Assembly (NCBI RefSeq): GCF_016432865.1
Contig: NC_067398.1
Span: 698,306,001-698,370,000 of the forward strand
DNA length: 64,000 bases
Direction: 5' to 3'
DNA from: Antechinus flavipes
Lineage: Eukaryota
The notes under the pieces were generated by a model. That model saw only the letters and a list, made by a program, of their open reading frames with translations, did no database searches and was not told the DNA's origin. Below, one piece after another: positions 43,201 through 55,200 of the stretch. The first letter of the stretch is position 1; every line of letters starts with the position of its first letter. The position numbers and the translations under genes are program-made.

Positions 43201-46200
43201 GGCACTTTGGAGCCAACGACAAACAGGAGGCCTTTGGGGTCAGCCAATGGCATACAGTCTGTCCTTGCAAAGGACACCGCTATCTTTTTTTATTTCATCC
43301 TCAGGAAAACAGAAGGGATCATGAGAACTCATATTTCCCTAATACTGTAAGGTAGGCAAAGCCCCTTGTTCACGGCAGTCCTTAAAGACACAGCCCAAGA
43401 AGGAGTGTCCCCATTTTACTGGTAAGGGAACTGAGGCTTAGGGGTGAAACCCCCTGCCCACAGTCACATGGCTGATCTTGCCCTGATATTTTATCTTGTC
43501 AGCATTGCGGTTTTCAAAGACCATTTATTAAGTGACTAATTACATGTGGCACTGCTCTCAAGAAAACTAAAATGTTTACCAAGACGCCCACCTACAGGGA
43601 CTTAGGGAAAAGCCTGAAGCCAATATCAGAATGGATGGGAAGGTGTTTCTGTGACACATCCATGTAAGATGTATTCAGGATCAGAGGTAATCACTGAGAG
43701 CCTCAGTTGGAGAAAAAAAAATTAAGTCACAGGCCACATTGTTGTTTTGTTTTCAAATTGTTGGGTTGGGGTTTTGTCCCTTTTTTCCAACTGGGAACAC
43801 CCGCCATAAATAGTGACTGCCGGAGGAGGTGGCCTCCTGGCCAACTCCTGGCGAGGCAAAGAAGTCCCCATGGGTTCTTTCCAGGGTCCTGAGTGCATGG
43901 CTTCCATTGCAGAATTTGGCATTATCCATAAGGTCGGAGAAGTCTCTGGGAATCTCGCCCAATCTTGAGCAGAGATCATGGGCCACTTGGGTCTTCAGGC
44001 TCCCTCTCACTGTGACCCTTCCGAGCCTGTCTGATCTCATGCTGCTGCACTTGGGAGGGGGCTAGGAAATGGTTTTTCCCTCCACCCCACAAGAGCCCGT
44101 GAAGTTGTGGAGGCGCCTTCCAGGATCAGAAGAGGAATGGGGACACAAGGACCCTTGAGGCTCCTTCTCCATCTGCCCGCAAATAGAACCTGAGACGGAG
44201 GGCAAGATGGACCACTCACCTTTCCTCAGTTAATCCCTTCTGTATTGCTTGAAGGCTTTCGGAAATACTTTCCTCTCCACACTCTTTTGGATAAGTTAGT
44301 GCCAGTGGTATCCCCTTTTTAGATAAGAAAACTGAAGTCTGTCCATTTTCAGACTCATGTAACTAGTGTCAGTGGAGCAGCCACATGAGGCATTTCCAGG
44401 AGCAGGAAGCCCCCCACCTCCCACCGCACCCTCAGCCGGGCAGGGCTCAGAACAGCCAGGACAGAGAGCTGAGATGTTGCCCTGCCAGTGTGTACCGGAG
44501 GGGCCGGTCCCCTTGGTGCATTGGCTGGGCCGGAGATAGCGGCCCAGAGCCTGTGTGGGACCCTGGCATGAGCAGGGCCCTGGACGTGGGGGCGTGTCAT
44601 CTTTGGCCCCGGCAGGTGGCTGCGGCCACGGCAGGAGCGAGAAGCTGCACCAGCAGCTGGAGACCAGCCACAATCAGATTTCCGCTGCCTCCCGACGAGC
44701 GTGGCCAGTGGGCTCCATCGTTGTCGCCGCTCCCGTGGCTTTTTAGGGCCCTGCCAGGGTGGAGTACACGGGGTCGTCAGGCTTGCTGCGGCGCCAATTA
44801 AAATGAGCGAGCTCCAGGCCCGCTGGGCCCGAGCCTCATAACTGAGCCTCGGAGCCTCTCTAGTTCCCTGGCCTTCAGTGTCTCATGGTGGGAGCCTGTC
44901 TGTTGCCATGGGCCCCCCTGCCTCGAAATGCTATTTCCCCTTCTGAAGGCGGGCAGCAGCCCCATCTCAATTGTGGCGGCGGCAGCTGTGCCGTGGTTGG
45001 AGCGCCGCCGATTCCCCATTGCCTTCGGGGGGTCTGAGTTCACATTTGCTCAGAGAGGGATTCATGAGCCAGAACAGTCAGCGTGTACGCCTTAAAGTCA
45101 GTAAAGGGAGCTGGAGAGGTTTTGATGGGTCTCAGCAGGGCATCTCTGGCAGCTTCTGCTTGGAGGACGTGCTCCCCAGGGTCAGCCTCAAGGCCGAGCA
45201 TGGCTGCCTGCTCCGCTTCTACGGGGGCTCTTCTGTTTCAAGGGGAAATGACCTGTGAAGGTGGGGACCCCCTCCTTGCCAAAGGGGAGCTGGTGTGTGC
45301 TCTGCCACGTGGCGCTAGGAAGCAGGGAATACGCAGGAAGAGCCGGGATCTCCTGGCCCTGCTGCCGTGTGCCGCTGGGACCTTGTGGAGGCAAGCCTGT
45401 GCAGGAAAGCTTCTTCCTCTCTCTTTTCAGTGGAATCCCTGAGTCTCAGGAAGGGCTCGGCGGGGCCCCCTTACCCTAATAACACTGACCCTACAGTGAC
45501 CCGGCCAGGCTCTGCTGGCAGACCTCCAGGGCCGGGGAGCCTCACCTCCCGGGGGCCGCCCATTCTGTTATGGGACTCTCCTCCTCCCAGTGAGCCGCGT
45601 CAGTGAATGTAGAGGACCTCGGTCTAGCTCAGTGTTCTGGAAGAGAGATTTCAAAATGAGGAATAATGTAGAAACCCAACTTCCCCTTTATGGGTTGCGT
45701 GAGCTCTCTTGGCCTGGAAGCGCAGTACCCCAGGGACATCCGGCCAGGACAGGCGCTGGCCTCCAAGCTTCCTCTCATTGTCCTGCCCTTCCCAAAGTCA
45801 GACGAGCTGCTAGGGAGAGAAGAACGTGAGAAGTGCTCTGCAGAGCTGGTCACACCAAGGACCCACACAGGACAGTGAGCACCGGGTAGCCCGAGTCTCA
45901 GGGAGAGGTTTGGGCGGCTGTTCCCCGCAAAGCCTTGTGAGGTGGACGACTGGGACGCTTTCCTCATTTTCCAGTAAGAGCCTCCATGAAGGACTCTCTT
46001 CTGCTCAGAGGGACAATGAGGTCTTTTTTGTTGGGCAGAAGTGGGGGACCTTAAAGAGGAAGGAGAGGGAAGGACACAGAGAGCTGGCAGAAGTTCAGGA
46101 CGGGCCACCCTGGAGCAGGGGTGAGATTCAGTCACCTTGAAAGGCCACCTGCCAGAAGTTCAGCCTCATAAACATCCTCTTTTTTTTTTTTTTTTTTGTC

Positions 46201-47069
46201 CTGTAGATTGAACTATTTGTGCTTGTGCATGTTTAAGCTGATAATAAAAAAGGAACCAAAGTTTTTATGTTGCAGTGATGGGTTAGCAGTCACAGAGCAG
46301 ATGCTGCGGCCCCTGGGGGCCTTTGCTCCCTCTTCACATCTCTCTTGCCGAGCTTTTTCTTGAGACAGCTCTGCAGCTGACTGCAGTGGCCCGGGAGCCT
46401 TCCTGGGACAGGGAACCTGGAGGTTGGGATTGATTTACTGGGTGATGGCAAAGGGGACCTGGGGTGAGCTGGTCACGTTCCAGGATTCTGACCGTTACTG
46501 GAAAAGCCTTCCTCTCCCATCGAGCAAGCCTTCCTTAAGCAAGGGATTGGGGCTACAAAGACGAAATGGAGGGGCCGATGTGAGGCGTGGAGAGTTGGGT
46601 ATCTGCAGTCATTTGAGGAAAGAGAGAATAGTGATAACTAAAGGAGAGCAGGAAGATTTCCCAGAGAAGATGGCACTTGAGCTTTGAAGCAGGTGGGGGT
46701 GAGGAGGGGACAGCCTGTGCCAAAGTATGGAGATGGGAAGTATAGAGCATTCTTGGGGGATAGTGGCTGCAGGGAGAAGGAGTTGACAGTCAGCCTGGAA
46801 AATTCAGGTGGAGCCAGAGTATAATGGGTTCTAAATGTGCTGCTTTTGCTTCATCTTTTGGGGGCTCTCTATCACCTTTGGTCTCCTCCCAGAAACAAGA
46901 GTCCTACTTTCAAGTGGCACAGTGAAAGTCTGGTCACGCGGATCTCTTTGCCCGCCCTCAGCTCTTCTCTAGAGCTAGCTAAGGTTCCCTCTGCCTTGGT
47001 CATCATATTCCTTTCCTTTTTCCTAAAAATTTCTAAAAAAATGAACCTGTGCTTTAATCACTGTAGGGT

Positions 47070-47310
47070 TGCTGTTGTTCGGTCACTTCAATCATGCTGA
47101 CCCCATTTGAAGTTTTCTGGGCAAGAGATACTGGAGCGGTTGGCCATTTCTTTCTCCAGCTCTTTTGACAGATGAGGAAACTGAGGCAAATAGTTAAATA
47201 ACTTGCTCAAGGTCACACAGCTACTAAGTGTCCGAGGTCAGATTTGAACTGAGGAAAATGAGTATTCTTGATTTCAGCTCCAGCGCCCTGTGCCATGTAG
47301 CACCTAGTAT
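47070..47310 (-). mobile_element. Mar1-type CORE SINE
   Basis: CORE cctcagtttcctcatctg plus RTE-like tail gctggagaaagaaatggccaaccgctccagtatc. Confidence 0.7.
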
Positions 47311-48962
47311 AGGGAGCTCGCTAGAATTTGTATGGGAAGGAAGAGAGGGTCTCACACAACGAACTGGCTGTGCCGGAGTTATGTAGCTGGTAGGTGTCAG
47401 AGATCCATCTGACCGGGATCCCGGGTCGCGATTCCATATGGCTTCTCACGCCTTTGAGGGCCACAAGGCCCCTATCGCCACGACTCAGGAGGAGCTTCAC
47501 TGCATAATGACAGTTGTTCCTTCCACTTTCTCCTCATTCTCTGAACAAACAGTTCATACGTCACATTACCCAAAAGCCATCTGTGTGGTATTGCTGGCAA
47601 AAAGTCTCCATTACAGACCCAGCCGGTGCAGAAGCCCCCTGCTCTGTGTCCCCATCGAGGGTTTGAATGCCTTTTTAGGAATAGAATTGTTAAAAATGTG
47701 TTAAGGTGGTTATCTATTGAAGGAATCCTTCAATCAAACTTTTGGTAAAATAGAAAATTCTCTTGTAATTCAAAGAGGATTTGGACTGCTGCCTATTGGA
47801 CTTTCCTCCAGCAGGCGAGTCCCGTGGGCATACCTCTCTTGGAGTGGATGCTCCTAAATTAGGGCAGGAAGATCCGGTGATGTTGGTTGCGGGGGCTCAA
47901 TAAGAATGTTTTGGCACTTGAGTCCGGACACATTTGTGCTTCTCTCTAATGGATGCGGAACGTACCTTTTCTGCAGTCATGCTGGGACTTTTATAGATGC
48001 CAAACGATGTGCCACGTGCTGAGTCATCCATGGCACCCGATGCCCTGGGAGGGGCCCTCTCACATGTTTGTTCTTAGAGTCATTGCCATGTAATTTGGAG
48101 CCAGAGGACATTAGGCTGGGCCAGGACTTTGCTCTGCCAATGGCAGCCTCGGGGACGCTGGCCTTGGTGTCCTGTTGTTTTGGGGATGGCCCAGAGAGTT
48201 TCCCATCGTTGCTTTATTTTTCCCCTGATTTCCACATCCCTCACACCAGTCTGGGCCCTGTGTCCCACAACCCATTTCCTGAGCTCCTGCTCCTCCCTTG
48301 TTTTCTCTTCTTTTTTCTTTTTCTTTTCTTTTTTTTTTTCTGTCATCATTGAAAACAAACTCCCACCCAGTCATTGTTCATCGCCAAGACGATGGGCTCG
48401 AGTCCCTCCCTGCGTCCAGAGGTTGCTCCCACTCACTGTCTTCTTCCTGGGCCAATTTGGTCGGGTCGGGCTTTCTGTTTTTTTGAAACGACAGGTCTTA
48501 CTGCCCAGCTGGTTCTTCCGGGAGATGAGCAGATCAGGTTTATCACCAGCAGAGCTCACGGAGCCCCAGGGAGGGCTTTTCCTGTCCCTGCCCTGCCTTT
48601 ATCGCCATCCTGCTGGAGAACAGATAACACTGAAGAACTCGGTCTATTCACATTACTTTGACAGACACGTGCTGAGCGCCTACTGCATGCAACTGGGGTC
48701 GAAGGGGGAGGGCAGACACATTTTCTGCTTACGTGGGTGGCCATCTATTCTCTTGACCACGTGTAGACAAGCTTGTCCTTCCATTCCCCAGCAGCACCCA
48801 CTGCACATTGGAGAAAGCCTTCTCTTCTCAGCTGCTGTTTTTGCTCCTCTTTCTTGCCTTCATCCCAGTGTGCTGTGTAATTAATTAGCATTCCTAATGT
48901 TTCCAAGTGTGTACAGGACAGATGTTCGCCCAGGTGCTATGCTCTTCACTGGGTAAACAGAA

Positions 48963-49096
48963 NNNNNNNNNNNNNNNNNNNNNNNNNNNNNNNNNNNNNN
49001 NNNNNNNNNNNNNNNNNNNNNNNNNNNNNNNNNNNNNNNNNNNNNNNNNNNNNNNNNNNNNNNNNNNNNNNNNNNNNNNNNNNNNNNNNNNNNNNN
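48963..49096. other. Assembly gap (134 N) abutting a (GT)n run
   Basis: Direct reading. Confidence 0.99.
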
Positions 49097-52000
49097 GTGT
49101 GTGTGTGGGGGGGATGGGGAGGTGTGCTCTCAGGATTTTGTTCTTTATGAGTCCCCTTTCCTCCAACAAGTTCATTTAGGCAGAAGCAGAGAATGATGTG
49201 ATGAGCAGCTTAGGAGCTCCCTGAGCGTTCCCACCCCACATAAGCCAAAGTCCACCAAGTGCCCTCTGTCTGCCAAGTGGACACATTGCAAAATGAAGGG
49301 GACGCTGTTCCCTCTCAGTGGGGCTGGCGATGGGGACTCTGCAGTCACAATTATGGGGATGGTTTCAGGAGCATGGAGAGCACTCTACGGGTGGGAAGTC
49401 AGTCCGAAAAGAGAAACACCTTGGGTTTTTGTGGTGTTTAACTGACATTTCTAATATGCTCTTGGGTTTGCTAAAAGCATGTTATTTCCTTTAAACTTAC
49501 CGCGGCCTGGAAGGGGCTTGCGTGTTGATATCTCAGTTTTACAAGTGAGGAAGCCGAGGCTCAGAGAGACTGAGGCCAGATGTCCCCATCCCCCAGGCTA
49601 GTACCCCAAGCTGTCGTGTTGGGAAGAGTTTTCTCTAAAGGCAATCGAGGTCTTCCCACCTTGTTGAGCACTTGGTTTCTTAGCTCTCCGCTGCCTTTCT
49701 CTGATTCTCCAGTGGTGGTCCCTTCCAAGGGGGCTCAGCCTCTGAGACACTGACTTGGAACTTTTCATGTTTTCTGCGGAGCTCCATGGCGGGGCAAGGT
49801 TAGAGCAGGCAGGCCTCCATCCCCAGCCCCCCTCCCACAGCTCCCCCTCCCTCTCTCCTCTATCTCCTTTCTGTTGTCATTTGCCTTCCATCCTCGGGAG
49901 CTTCTTCCTGCCCCGGTCAGTCCCCAGCTACAGCCGGCGATGCTGCTGCTGCTCTCATGCTCCCAGCACTATGGTACAAGCCAGAGGAGATGGGACAGTA
50001 AAGATGAACTTTCAGGATTAGTGATGACCTGGAAGGCCTTTCCAATTCTGACATGTCTCCTCGGCAGTCCCCCTGCCCCGCCTTCCTCTCACCCCTTCAA
50101 AGACTTCTTTCCCTAGAAAGGAACAGGTCACGTGGTTAGTGAGGCTTTGGGCTCCATGATCCCCCAAGAACCTGCATTTGTGACCCTCAGACTGAAGGTT
50201 GAACTCGCTCTTTTTCCCTTCTTGGGGTGGGAGAGGGCGCCAAGCTGCTGGCGGAGAAGCCTTCCAGGCCTTCGGGAGGTCGGCCTGCTGCTGTTGGGCA
50301 TTTCCGTGGCCCTGACGGTTGCCACAGGGTCTGCCCTCATGTTCATCTGTTCTAATGTTTGCTGTTAACGCGGGGCCTTTTGGCTCTCCGTCTTGCTTCC
50401 GTTTGCCAGAACGTGAAGGGCCGGGCAGAGAATAATGTTCGCCCTGCTTCCTTTTGGCAGAATCGCTTCCCGTTGTCTCGAAGACTTTAATCTGGGGACC
50501 TTGGGAAGCACAGCCAGTCCCAGAACCCCAGTTCTGTCGTGCTGCTATACCTAGTCAACCTTGCTGCATTATTACCTCCATCTCCTTTTTCACTATTTTC
50601 CCATGGAGTGGGGCTCCCAGTGACAACTGGCAAATGATGGGGATGATTACTTGTTAGCATTCTGGTGGGGACCCGTTTCTAGAGCGCTCAGAGTGTTTTA
50701 GAAATATCCTCATTTGTCTGCACGATGGCTCCACGAAGTTCAACAAGCAGAGTTCTAACTACGAGGGAGCCGAGGGAGTGGGGCTTGTCCAGAGCCAGAG
50801 TGCGCTAGCCCGGCACCCACGTCACGGCCTTCTGGGGAAAGAAGGGCCGTGGGGAGGGGAGGGGGTTGTGCGTCTGTGTGGAGCTGCATTTTCTGCCCAT
50901 CTTCTCTGAAGCCCGAAAGAGAGCAGAACCCGGACTTGGTCTGGCCCGTGGTCCCCGTCCGGCCAGCGAGACCGCTCCCAGCTCCTCTGCGTCCTAGACT
51001 CTGGTTCTCGTGCCCGAGCCCCCAACGATCCGGCCAGTCTTGGCTCCCCTTCTTCAAAATGGAGGGGTTTTGGTGCAAGGAGTTGTTTCCTTCTGCCTGC
51101 CTCCCCGCTCCTCGCCTCCCCATCTTTGCTTTATGGCCGGCATATGGAAGCTGTTTCTATTTACTCGGCACCGCTAGGACGTAGCCTGCTGCGCTCCAGC
51201 GAACGGAAACCTTGGATTCCCTGCAGGCTCGTTTCTGAGGCTGCATGCAAAGCGGCCAGCTGTTTTGCTGGGAGCGTCTGGGCCGTGTTACATCAGCGTG
51301 GAGGAAGCGTTACCATCTGTGCAGACAGGTCATCCCAGTTTGCTTCTGCCTGCCCTTTGTACCGTGAACCTTTCTAATACTTTGTTTTGGGTTGGGATTT
51401 AAAATAAAATGTTAAGCTTTGCCAGTTCAGCATGGTATGATATCCTTCCCCCTGTACCCAGCCTTCCACCCGACTGGCTTTTTATGTTCACTTATTTAGG
51501 CCGATTGCCATGACTATGGGGAAGCTGAGTTTCGGCTCTGAGTCCACAGGAACTTTCTAAAGCTTTTGCTTAGTTCAGAAATGGGCTGGGCTGCCTCTTT
51601 GTGAGGTGGTGAGCTCCCTGTTACTGTCTGTGTGCAAACCCGGGAAGGATACCTGTCCACTCGTCAGGGTGTTTGTTGTAGCTGACATCCCTCGGGAAGG
51701 TGGCTCTCCACTATGTGACTGATTCGGGAAGGAAGGAGGAATAGATGTTGGGATCAGCTCCCTCCAGAAACTCCTCGAACTGCTCAGGCCTGAGAAGCCA
51801 GAAGCTGCCAGTCCCACAGAAGAGCACCAGCAGAGCAGGAACAAAATGTTTCCCTCTGTCCGACTTTCCCTGAAGGCCTGAGAAAGGATCACCCTTCTTG
51901 CCAAGAATCCTCCCCAGCGGCTGCCCTTGGCCTTTTGAAGAACTCGAGCGAGCAGGGGAACAGAGACCCGGCTGCAGGCCAGGAGAGGCAGCTTTTCCTG

Positions 52001-52102
52001 CTCCCCAGTCCTCCTCCCTCCACTCCCTCCTCCTTCCTCCCTCCCTCCTTCCCCCACCTCTTCTCCAGCTTCCAGCTTGGGGCCCTCCCAGCAAAGGCAG
52101 AC

Positions 52103-52211
52103 ATGCGGAGGAGCGAGCAATCCACCACCTGCCTGGCGGAGACAACACAGAGCGAGCTGTCCGAGAGGCCCATGGTCAGGTCCTCCTATCTCATGGAGCC
52201 GGGCACCCACG
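52103..52211 (+). CDS. TPCN1: Candidate alternative TPCN1 first coding exon (MRRSEQSTTCLAETTQSELSERPMVRSSYLMEPGTH)
   Basis: Long pyrimidine tract with AGs at 52068 and 52075; ATG with G at -3; 109 nt ending at CACG|gtatgc in phase 1, in frame with exon 3. Predicted from sequence only. Confidence 0.5.
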
Positions 52212-55200
52212 GTATGCCCCGTGCGGGAGACAGGATGGAGCGAGGGCGAGGTTGTGGCCTTGGTGATTGGGTAGTGGTTGAAGGAAAGCAAACCCACCCT
52301 CTGAGGGATTATGAAACCAGAGCTGGAGGTTGGAGCCTTGGTTTTGAATGTGAGCATTAATCATTGATAGTGTGGTCTAGTGGAAAGGGCGGTCAGAAGG
52401 CCTGTGCCTGAGGCGCAGCTCTGCCCTTCACCACCTGATTGAGTCTCCTGTGAAGCGAGGGGCTTGGACAAATGTCCTCTGAGGACCCAGCTCCAGATCT
52501 GGTGTAATCTGAGGCCTTTGTCCTAGTGGGACTCCCTTCCAGATCTAGAACCATGACCGATGTTGGGAACCCTTGATCTGTTGCCGGGGTTTGGGCAAGG
52601 GGGAGCAATGAGCCCCACTGCTTGGGCGTCCTCCTGGGAAGGACTTTGGCCGGTGCCTGTCCTTGGAGCATGACAGGGATTGAACAAAAGACTCTGGTGG
52701 GGCAGGAAGGGAGATTTTGGGGAGGGGTCTGGGGGGTGCTGTCCCCAGGGGGAGTGCTGAATGCTGATCACTCAGCTGCTTCTCTGTCCTCTCAGCCAAG
52801 ATCCATGAGGGCAGCTGCCTTACCTGCCAAGGAAATCACCTTAAGATGCTTCCCTTTCACACAAGTACAGGAACTGGTAGAGCCAGAGGGTTGGGTGGGT
52901 GTGAGCTATTATTCTTGGCGGGGATATGGTAATGACAGTGGGGGAGACTGGCTTTGCCCTTTTCCATATGCTGCCCCCCTAAAAATACACATATGCACAT
53001 ACACACACACATGCACACACATGTACATACAGGTGCGCACACATACACATATTCTTTCTTCCCCTTTTCTCCTCCCTCTCTTCTCCCCCCCTCCTGTGGG
53101 CACTCCCTCTCAGACCCCATCCTATGCCATTGTTTGAGCTAGTGGCAGGTCCTTGGGAGCCACCCTGCTGGCTTAGGCTGAGGGGGCAGTTTCCTGGACC
53201 CAGTTGGGGGTTCTTGCTGCCCCCACAAGTGGCTTAGCAGGGTCCGGGGGAACCTTTCATTTTCTCTCTCTTCTCATTCCCAGTAGCCACAGAAAAAGTG
53301 CTCTTTGTGGCCTCTGTGTGACCAACTTGCCCAGAAATTGTGCCCACTGGCCCCATTCTTGAGCCGAATCTTTCTGTGAGACTGCCTCACGCACTGATTC
53401 AGCTTATTTATACACAAGAATCATTCATCTCACCATCTAGGAGGCTTCCCCTCTAGCCTTCCTTTTCTGGGCTGGGCCTGCTCTTGAGCTTCTGGCTACA
53501 TCTCATAATGGGACAGTGAAAGAGGTTGGGGGGGGGAGGCTTTCCCGTTGCCCATTTGGGCCTCCTTTCAAACTGGGCAAAGGCAGGGCAGTGGTAGACA
53601 GGGATAAGCATTCCCTCTGATTAAGGGCTCCCAACTTGGTGTGACCATATGCTATTAAAACGTGCCTCTGGCTGCTGGCATAGGTGAGTTACAAGTAAAA
53701 GAAATCTTGGGGTGGAGGGGTGGAGGACCCTTCGGCGTCCTGCAGTGCTCCAGAAGTCCAGATGTGGAGCCTGGCCTTTTTATCTGGCAGTTCTGGATGG
53801 AGAGCTAAAATACAGTCCCCTCTCTGAACTAGGGATTGAGCCAATTCGTGGTTTTCAAGAATGAAATGGGCCCAGTAGTCAGGAGGATACTGGAAAAAAA
53901 TCCCCGAGCAGTTTGGGAGCTCTCTACCCCACTTGGACCGGGCCTGTGATGAAAGTTATTTTTTTGGAGACGTCTCCAAGTCATTCACTTGTCATTTTCC
54001 TAATGCAAAACAGCCTTAGTGACCCCAAAGCAAGAGAAGTGAGGCTTCAGTACAGGTCAGGACTTCCTCAAGCTGCTCTCCCTCCGTGCTGGAATCCGGG
54101 AGGTGGAGTTTGTGGGCTCTCTGGGCTAGGAGGAGACAACATCTGGCTGGGGTGGGCGTCTTCATTCTCCTGGATACAGTGCCAGGCAGAGAGAGGACAG
54201 CGGACTGCCCAGCACGCATGACCCACCTCCTGGGGTCAGCGCAGATTTATGCCTTCACCATCCAGCGAGCCTTTATTTCAGGTGCCGGCTGGGCCCTCAT
54301 TCGACGTGGAAGTCGCTGTTCAGTTTTGGGGGCCCTGGTAGTCCAGTGAGTTTGAGCCAAGATGATGAAGGAAGAGTCACAGGCAACGTCCCCCCGTGGG
54401 CCCGTTAGTCATTCTGCCGGGCAGCCACAGTCTGTCCCCTCGTTCCAGCCGGCTGCCTCCCCAACGTGTGTTATTCCACAGGAGGGGGACCAGATGAGAC
54501 GGTGGGGAGGGCAGCAACATCCATCACCACGACTGGGGAAACGCTGGTCCTGGGGCACCATCTCGGCAGATTTCTCTGGTGAGGGACCACAGAATTTCCA
54601 TCTTTCTATTCTAATTATGGTTCACGTTGGGGGAAATACAGCCATGTTGTGATTGAATGCTGACGGTAACTGCTTCCCAGGCCCAGATTTCCCACGCACT
54701 CGTGTTCTCCTGAGAGCCATTTTTGGGATCCAGCTGGATGACCCGAGACCCCTTCTGCTGCCAAGGATTTTTGAAGTTCTGATCTGTCGTTAGGAGTCAC
54801 CTGGGTCCTCCCACCTGATGCCTCTTGTAATCCACAGCTCACGTCAGCAAAAAGGCCAGCTGCCGGGCGGGGAAGGACGAGCTCCTGTTTTCCCTTGACG
54901 ATCTTTGGCCCGTGGGGACGCACCCAGAAAACAGCTTCATAAACACTGCCTTCTCACCAACAGTCAGCTGACCCCAAGTACAAAGAGGAAATGGAAAATC
55001 TGTCCAGCAGGAAGAGTTTCTCGCTTGATGCTCCCCCTCAGCTCAGAAAGCAGCCCCCACCCAAGAGCTGGAAGCCCAGCTTGCCCACTCACTTGGCAGG
55101 GCTGCACTTTGGTATCGCACAAGTGGCGAGAGGCAGATTGTGTACCAGGAAGAAGGGGAAATGAAAATCAAGAACGTCTTTTTTAACTCATAGACTTCTC

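Noticed and set aside
48894-49179. ORFs spanning the N run
   Set aside because: Artefacts of the assembly gap
50127-50134. GTCACGTG as a TFEB CLEAR element on its own
   Set aside because: A single 8-mer, not the full palindrome and far from the main TSS; about one chance hit is expected in a window this size
51575-52357. 260-aa minus-strand ORF
   Set aside because: No motif; low-complexity middle from the pyrimidine tract; the plus-strand exon explains the local signals better
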